DNA from: Balanoglossus misakiensis | Taxonomy: Eukaryota; Animalia; Hemichordata | Length of the DNA stretch: 64,000 bases | Direction of reading: 5' to 3' | NCBI GenBank assembly: GCA_040954595.2 | Contig: CM082589.2 | Location: forward strand, 7,499,186-7,563,185 | Shown here: one piece after another, positions 26,081-64,000 of the stretch | Layout of the letters: every line of letters starts with the position of its first letter | How positions within the stretch are numbered: the first letter of the stretch is position 1 | Made by a program: the position numbers and the translations under genes | Notes under the pieces: generated by a model | What the model saw: only the letters and a program-made list of their open reading frames with translations | Told to the model about the DNA's origin: nothing | Databases searched by the model: none

Positions 26081-26222
26081 GGTCATAATCTTCATGTGTT
26101 GATATATTGATCCACAGTCATGGTAATCACCGAGTTCATTCAACCACAGTACTTCAAAAGAAATGTATTATAAGAACTAAACAAGAAGTTCAAACAAAAA
26201 AATCTGTTTGCTGTATAGTATC

Positions 26223-26228
26223 TTTATT
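26223..26228 (-). terminator. Candidate C3 polyadenylation signal AATAAA
   Basis: TTTATT on + about 770 nt downstream of the C3 stop codon; position is plausible only. Confidence 0.35.
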
Positions 26229-26998
26229 TAGAACATATCAAAACATGGTTTTCATGCAACATGTTTATATAATAGTCAACATATATATGTGATTCCAAAA
26301 GTTAATTTTCTAATCATGCTGAACTATAAAATACATCACATTGAAATGTGGGCAACAGCACATGTGAAAATGTAAAAAATAATGTCTGTGTGGTTTAAAT
26401 CAACCAGCTAAAGGCTCAGTACTATGATTAAAATACATGACATGTGACTTGGTCACTATCACTTGCCAACACACTTCTTGTCAAAATGTATATCTTGTGG
26501 TAAAAAACTATTATATAACAATAAAATCTACAAAATGACTACCATGGTTAAAATTTGCAAGCGGAAATCCTCACAATAATAGTGAAATTAGCGTTGTCTC
26601 TTATTTGTTTATTCTATTTTATGTTTGGCACACAGTCCTGGAGTGAATGATACCTGAAATTGGATATCCATCAAAGAATAGGAAATTTCAAAGAATCTGC
26701 TGATGGGCATGTTTTTATTACATTTTTAACCAAACATACGGTCATCAGAGTAATGATAGAAGCTGATTGATTGATTCATTGATTAATTAATTAACTTAAT
26801 TAATTAATTGGCCAGTAGTATGGGTACAGTACTTTCAGGATATACTGTTTTTGAAAATAATTGAATAGTTTCGACAAAATAACTACTTTGAAAGCATGTA
26901 TTGTTTTAATGCAAGTCTAATACAATGTTTATTTTGGCAAGTTGGCATTCTTGCTTTTGGTTTTCACAATTGTGGTGTTATTTTCTCAACCTATTAGG

Positions 26999-56568
<29,570 letters not shown>

Positions 56569-56763
56569 GACTGCAGAACTGATGACGCACCTCTTCGAAG
56601 AAGACTTGTCCTCAGGCCGAGCCGTTGGCCAAACACAAACGTATGTGTCTGGACAGCGAATTATACTCTGTACAAAGTTACTCGACCCAATGCCTATCCG
56701 CAAATGATAAGTTACCCTCCTGCAATAACACATATATGTTGATGAACAGGAAAGCAGAACAAA

Positions 56764-56773
56764 GGGACATTCC
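56764..56773. promoter_or_regulatory. Candidate NF-kB site about 200 bp upstream of the C3 ATG
   Basis: GGGACATTCC matches GGGRNWYYCC; a weaker GGGGAATTTT lies at 56962-56971. Motif match only. Confidence 0.4.
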
Positions 56774-59043
56774 ATTCTTCATCTAAAATAGGATCGTTGC
56801 ATCGTAAACCCTGGAACGAGAAGAACATACAACCATACAAGGGAAAAAGTGCCTGCTGTAATCGACCAGCCCCCCCCCCCTCACCCAACCCTCATAAACA
56901 TGAAACATCGCCAGAGAAGCCCCCAGAGCGGAGCGTAATTAACGCAACTTAAGTGAATTTCGGGGAATTTTTGTCGATTTGTCTCAATAAAACGGTAATC
57001 TTCACTCTTCATTATGTTCAGACATCGACCTGAGCCAAAATGGTGACGAATGTGCGTAAAGGGTCTGTCCCATAACGGAGATATTTAAGCTTACGTTTCC
57101 TCGAAAAAAATATCCGGGCAGTCGATCAGACTACCATTAAATCAAATGTCACATTTTACTTTACCACTGTGAACATTTAATACAACTTGCAGGGACAATG
57201 TCGCATAAAATCATTGGTCATTTTATCCGCGTTGTCTGTCGTATGTACATCATGGTAATTTTCAACAAACCGCATGTACTTAGTTACATGTACATGACAT
57301 TGTTAATCACGAAGACAAAAAGCGCTGGTATTTTGCAACAGCGGTACCATTCTTTGCTTAAATCTTCATTGAACAACATTCCACGACGACTGTATGAAAA
57401 GAGCACGATTTTCTTTGGGAAAATGAACTGAAGTCATCATTACTATGACTTTAACGATTGTGACAAAATCGGGTTAAAACTTAAATTATAAGATTGTACA
57501 CAATGGTCGGCCATTTTGGGTTCCGCAGATCAGAGACCCTAAAGCTGGGCTCACCTTGAGTGCAGTAAAGGAGTCAATTTCAACTTTGATTCGAACAAAC
57601 GACCTGATAATATGTTTTTCACGTATCTTAAGGTCGTCCTGCTTGGAAAACGTACAAGACAGATATTTACGACAGAATTCGGGTTAAAACCATTGCATGA
57701 AATTACAACAAGTTTATACAAAATCGTGCACAATGGTCGGTCGTTTTGTTTTCCGTGAAGTGAAATGACACAATCATTTTATTTAAATAAAAACGACCAT
57801 ATCATGTCTTTCACACGGAACTACAATTTGTTTTAAAGTTGAAATACATAAAATTAGCTTTAAAACCCGGTCAGAACTAAACAAAATCGCGTTGCTTTTA
57901 GTATAACAAAATCGTCAGAGGTAAATTACTGAGCATATTTTATTAATGTATGATGTAACTAGTTATTTTTGAATATTTAAAAACTATCATTGTCATGTGT
58001 TAAGGTCACAGTATGCATGCAGAGCATGCGCAGAACTGCTACAACACAGACATTGCAAAGAAGGACCGACTGGTAGGTATTTTCAGCAGGTAAGACAGTT
58101 CGTGAAGGAATTAGAATACTAGTAACTTACATTTTTTGATGATAAAACGCGTCGAGTATCATATAAAAACCTGTGACTGGGCAGTTGTGACCCCGACACG
58201 TCCATTGATAGTACTGTCTGCCGCTGAGCCTTTGACCCAGTTAATGATCATATAGACTTTAGTCAGCATATTCCGTCCATGGGAAACTTGCCCTAACCCC
58301 CAGCCCTAACCCTTGATGTAACCCTAGCACTAACCATGGTATGCCCTAACTGAGGCGTCGAGGCACACCAGTTTCGAGGGCTGACAAGCGAAATTACTGA
58401 TAGTCAGTAATTTGGACGTGAACATTTTGATTCGAAGTAACACATAAGGTTCAAGGACATGTCAAATCTTATACTGCTATTGGACTGCAGCTGCCGTGAG
58501 CGGTTGACGTGTTCGCGGTCGGGATCATCCGTACTTACTGGTTCACTGGTTTAAATGTTTACCTCCACTCTTAGTCATTTCACGTACCCGGCGAAAGTTC
58601 AGTTGTTTTATACCGAGAATATATGTTTGTGTGTGTGTGTGTGTGTGTGTTGGGGGGGGGGGGGTGTCCTATTCGAGAGAACTCAGGTCGACACTTGAAG
58701 AGGGCGCTCTCACAACTGACCTTGTTTGAGTGGAGTTGTGCCCTACTTACATGTAATTCCTTGCGTCCTTTCTGAATCGGTAAGCTTGGTTCTGAATTCA
58801 CGTATACGTAGTGCATGACATTGTTTGTTCCTTTAAGTATAATTTTACATCGTATGCATTAATCTATTATCATATTATTATAAGATTTTGCTGGAATATA
58901 TGACGTCCAACCGTTATTCTAGTAACACATTGTACTCAACAAGGAAGCCACACACACACATACTCACCCCCCACACACAACGACAACAACAACGACAATA
59001 CACACAAATATATACGTCACACACACTATTGGATCAGATTATG

Positions 59044-59172
59044 AGGTTATTACGAAAATACCGCAAAGTATGCACGAGGACATTAGCGTTCAGTATCGCC
59101 CGACGCTTAGCGGAGGGCGATGCTCTAAGCTAATGTCCTCGTGCATACTTTGCGGTATTTTCGTAATAACCT
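59044..59172. repeat. 129-bp hairpin with about 41-bp perfect outer arms
   Basis: AGGTTATTACGAAAATACCGCAAAGTATGCACGAGGACATTAGC / GCTAATGTCCTCGTGCATACTTTGCGGTATTTTCGTAATAACCT. Confidence 0.9.
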
Positions 59173-59471
59173 TATTATTATACATCTTACATCTCCATTA
59201 GTTCTTGTGTTGCATGTTACTTGGCTTTCAAAATGCCGATACAATCGATCGAAAACCGCTCATTTGATTCAGTGAGCAGCCATCTTTCTTTTTTGTTTAC
59301 GTGCGTTGGAGTGGGGGTGTCTTGAAACCGTCCACATAACAGTGCATACCTGTACACGGTGAGTTGGGGCGCCTTGAAACTTCAGGCGTCTTTAACAGGC
59401 GTTCCGTACGCCAGATGTATAATAATTGCATATATTTATGTTATGTAATGATGTTTTTCCCCCGAAGCAAA

Positions 59472-60777
59472 ATGGCACAAAATTTGGAGGCCTTGGTTCA
59501 TTATCCTGAGGAGTACTACGAGGGATTAGATAAAATGGGCATATATGGATATTATTCATATCTTGACCAGAGAGCCGCAGATGTAAGACAGGCCTTTGAC
59601 AGTTTTGAGTTCTGCGGAGACAAGGCTTCTGATGTAAAAGTACTTGCTATTGGTACAGCGGACGGTAAGTACACCATGAGAAATTAAATAACCCAAAATA
59701 TCTTCATGTAGCGACTTGAGGTGTCACCACGCTGAGTATTGCATTTAATCCATGTTGTCAGCTTGGTATAATCATAATAATAAGCCGCCATACTATGATT
59801 CCTCAACAGGGACATTGGACATTCCAATTATTGATGTTTTAACTGGTAAATACAGTCGCATCAAATATTATGTTGTGGAACCCGTCGGAAGCGAAGTCGA
59901 TAAGTTCCAGGCTTTGGCGACGTCGAAACAGGGTCAGGATCTCTGGAAAAATGCTATCTTTGAGTTCCACCCTGTGACTATTGAAGAGTACCTCGAGAAA
60001 GTAAAAGGCGGGGCGGTACCCAATAATTACGACATTATTCACACTCAACACAGCGCCTATCACTTCGCGGATCCTGAAGGCACGTTTGCAGACCTATACG
60101 GACTCTTGAACAAAGGAGGAATGCTATTCAACATGATGATTGTAGGTAGGTCCAATAAGCTGAAATCGTGTGGATTCGACGAGCCATTATACATACGCGA
60201 CATGTTCGTATTTCAAAGCCCTTTTTGCAAGAGGCATATCGATTATGCGATCCCCCCTCTAAGGCACATTTGTGTGTAATCCTACCCCTGTAGAGGGCGG
60301 TCTAGTAAGAATATGATACAGTACATATAAAATAAAATACAATTGCATGTCTATAAATCCGATTACCTGTATATAATCGTAGTTATACAATAGCAATCAT
60401 TAAGTCGTTAAATTCTGCTCTACCTTTTAGGGGCATGGGAGAGAATTTACCTGAGGTTTGGAAATATCATCCCTGACCCGATGCAGCCGAACTTGGGATC
60501 AGCCACACTTCGCGAAATGATCCAACGTCGAATTCCAGACGTACAGATAAAAACCAAGTCCAGACCGATTAGTTTCAAGGCCGACGAGTGCTTCAAAGAA
60601 GATTCGAGGGATGGAAATTTGATGCTCGATTTCCTGGTTCAGCTTCGCAAATTCAGAAAGAATGCCCCCAAGGAAACTGTCGAAGAGTTCATGACATTTT
60701 TGGAAGAACTGTGTTATAAGGTCGATAATGAGCGATATTTTCCCGCCGATGACGAAGACATTATTATTGTTAAATAG
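59472..60777 (+). CDS. HNMT: HNMT-like methyltransferase, copy 5 (most divergent, 291 aa)
   Basis: Exons 59472-59664, 59810-60145, 60431-60777; motifs VLAIGTADG, YVVEP, YDIIHTQHSAYHF, GNLMLDFL; same intron positions but short introns. Confidence 0.85.
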
Positions 60778-62310
60778 TCATTATATTCATCACGACATTT
60801 TCCCACCATGTCCGGGTAAATTCAAGATGGCTGCCACCGTTGTATATTTTGAAAGGGTGGCGGCCATCTTGAATTTACCCAGGCATGCATCAGAACTGAA
60901 AAGTTGAAATGTCTGCATACTTTGATATATAATTACAATTGTCTGATGCACTCTACTGTATCGCTGTCATATTTATTTGACTATTTCATTTATCAGTTAA
61001 CTCGGCTATCTTTCCGCCTGTTCGGTGTTTTAAAATAGGGCGACAAACACGTGACAACACTTTTGTTGGGAATTTAGGGGGCCTTGGGAGCCCTCGCAGA
61101 CAAAACTTAGGGGCCCTGGATTTATAGAATACGTTATTCTTCATTGTGGATCAAACTATAGATTCCTTGTGCTGTTAGCGCGGTATCCCGAAGTACAGTG
61201 TTCATCGGATTCCGTGAGTAGAATTTTTGAGATATATATATTATATTATTTGCAAGTCAATTCAGTTAAATTTCGCAAAATTATTGCATAGTTTTCTTGT
61301 TTTCTTTCCAGATCCTCTGTGCTGTAAACGTTTTGTAGATTGTAACCTCGATAAGGCCTATTTTTAGGACGAAACGTTAGGTCTAGGCTATGAACTAAAC
61401 TAATCGAACTCCCACATTGCAAACGACACCAGCACACCAACAAACTACTTTCAGATCAATATCATGGTCTGTGTGTTCCCGGCGTTACACGGCCATACCT
61501 TCATATCTGGATTGGCGATGTACTTAGCAATTTCTGGGTGCTATGATCAACTCGTTGTTATTGCATTAAAGTTTCAATTTAACCAAGAGTCTGTTCAGAG
61601 TACTTTATCATAATGTATAGCTGATGTTGTCCGGTTCTCGCATCGTTCTGCGACGCGTGTACCGCCCACATGTCACACTGACCTCGAACAAGTCAATGAA
61701 TCGACACCCCAAATAGATTCATCACGCATCACGTTCACACTTGATAAAAATAAACTTGACCCGCCAAATTGCTGGTATATATTTACATATATGTCTCTCT
61801 CCTTTTTTTAAAGTAATTAAAATTTTCACCCGTAGGTAAATACGCCTGTAAGCCATCTATTTCAGATTCACATTCAGGGTATTTCCACCTACACATACAG
61901 ACAACTGTAACAAACACGTTTCCTTCGTGAACAAATGTGATCATATCATGGACCGGACAGGTTCACTGCGCTCAGTTTGAACAACTGTTTGATATGTGTC
62001 AGAGAAAAAGCTGTATACAAGGAATGGATGAACATGGCCCAATTCATAAATTCCCCCGGACGAACTAACAATTTAATCAATATTAACCTTGATTAGCATA
62101 GTGCCATCCGAGTTCGAAATTTTGGTATTTGCTATTATTTTATCACTGCGACTTTCCTGAGGCCGGACAAAACTTTCTACTTGTATTCAAATTGATGATC
62201 GATATACCCAGCAAGTATACACATTTTTTACACCACTAAATAAGTCATCATCATCATCATCATCATATTGATGTATTACCATTGTGGCAATTTTGTTGTA
62301 GAACAGCACG

Positions 62311-64000
62311 ATGCAAGATTGGAAGGCACTTGCCAGTTTCCCCGAGGATTATTTTAATGGGCTGGCTACATTTTGGAAGTGTGACACACACAACCTCTAT
62401 TTGGAAGAAAGACAGAAAAATACAAGACGTGCCTTTGAAAGGTTTGACATCAAGGGAGGCAAATATTCGGAGTTGCAAGTGCTTGGCATAGGAACAGGAG
62501 ACGGTGAGTATAATGTTATCTTCTTTTGAACTCAAATATCTGAAAAATCAAAGAAGTAGGGTAAGTGTAAGAAGTATAATTGTATAAGCGTGTACAAAGA
62601 ATAATTCCCGAGATTGTAACGTTATGCGGAGTATTCTGTCGTACTTTCACTCGCTACGCTCGTGAAAATACCTTGGCAGAATACGCCGCATCACTCGTGA
62701 ACATCACTCCTGTACGCCACAGATTGCTCACAGAGGAAATAAAGTTCTGTCATTTTACACCACCTCTAGCATTAATGTAATACTGATTCCTGTTCAATCC
62801 CTCCTTGTTTGAGTTTGAATGTGTTTTTGTCAATCTGAAAGTCTGTGTTATTGATGTCACAAGATCCGGTTATTGTGAAAATTAAATCGTTCAAATCAGC
62901 TATTCTTTAAACATGTCGAATGCTTTACAATGAATACATAACAACAATAAAAACATTGATAAATATTAAATTTCTTAGAAAAAATGCCTACAGTCATCCC
63001 AGCCCCCTACCTATCAATGTCAAATTAGTAAATGACTTGCTTTTGTACAGAAACTGTTGAATGTTATGTTTCCCCATGGTGCCGGTGACCTTAAAGTTTG
63101 GTCTAGCAATAGACTAGAATATTTATCCCGACAAAACCTAATTTTTAGTTCACGTGAGGCATTTCAATCCGCCAACAGGTAACATGGATATTCCAATAAT
63201 TGACACGTTGTGTGGCAAATATCACCACATCAACTTTTATGTTGCGGAACCCGCGGAAAGTGAAGTTAACAAGTACAAGACGTTGGTGGCGTCGAAACAG
63301 GAACAAGGCCTCTGGAAGAATGCCAATTTTGAATTCCATCGCCCGGGAACTGTTGAAAGTTACCTCGCAGATGCTAAAGCAGGGAAGGTTCAGAACAGGT
63401 TTGACGTCATTCATCTCCAACACAGCGCCTATCATTTAAAGAACATCATAGACATCTTCGTAGAGCTCTACGGACTGCTAAACTCCGGTGGGATGTTGTT
63501 CAATTTGATGAATTTAGGTAAGCAAAGTCCGAAAGGTGCTAACGCCTACGCAGCAACATTATCGATGACGCAAGTATTTTAATCGCTATCGATGATCGGT
63601 AAATTCATTCAACCATCAAATTTACATATACCCAGAGAAGCAAGGTACTAGGTTAGACTAACGGTATAATGACTATACTGATATTAATTTTTTTTCGGTA
63701 TTTGTGAAGATTCTGCTATGCCAAAAGAAAATTAAAAAGTTATGTGCCGTACAGAATCTATTTTACTCACGAGCAGAAGTTATGTTATAGTATTTGTCTC
63801 TTTTAGGCGCCTGGGAGAAGATTTATCTGCGAATTGCAAATATAACTGCTGACCCCTTGGTAACCAAATTTGGATCTGCTACGCTTCGAGAGATGTTGCA
63901 GCAACGAATCCCTCACGTGAAGATCACTGCATCAAAGCACGTCAACTTCGATTTCTGCATTGACGAGTGCTTCAAAGAAGACTCTAAGGACGGGAATGCG
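62311..64000 (+). CDS. HNMT: HNMT-like methyltransferase, copy 6 (3' end beyond the window)
   Basis: Exons 62311-62503, 63179-63517, 63807->64000; exon 2 very similar to copies 1-3. Confidence 0.82.

Noticed and set aside
58288-58350. CCCTAACCC telomere-like units (also TTAGGGTTAGG at about 13530)
   Set aside because: Only 2-3 degenerate units; no array or telomere evidence, and such remnants are common in interspersed repeats.

Overview
AT-rich, intron-containing animal genomic DNA, most likely a marine invertebrate deuterostome (inferred from gene families and repeat types; the species cannot be fixed from sequence alone). Three gene systems are present. (1) Six tandem three-coding-exon histamine N-methyltransferase (HNMT)-like SAM-dependent methyltransferase genes on +: four at 1.4-16.4 kb and two at 59.5-64 kb, the last truncated by the window. 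(2) Two near-identical intronless RING/B-box/B-box/coiled-coil/NHL TRIM genes on + (18.3-25.0 kb); the first is split by a frameshift between the RBCC and NHL parts. (3) A complete complement C3-like thioester protein gene on - (56568..26999), which I spliced by hand into 37 GT-AG exons and about 1681 aa with consistent phases. This C3 has an intact GCGEQ thioester but Asp at the catalytic His position (as in C4A), an acidic 4-Cys anaphylatoxin domain, no alpha/gamma site, and a duplicated in-frame splice donor. The introns carry TTAA-flanked MITEs, Helentron-associated-like elements (one with a 1.6 kb compound microsatellite) and several long hairpin elements. No RNA genes or CRISPR arrays were found. 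Exon coordinates were read manually and may be off by a few bases.
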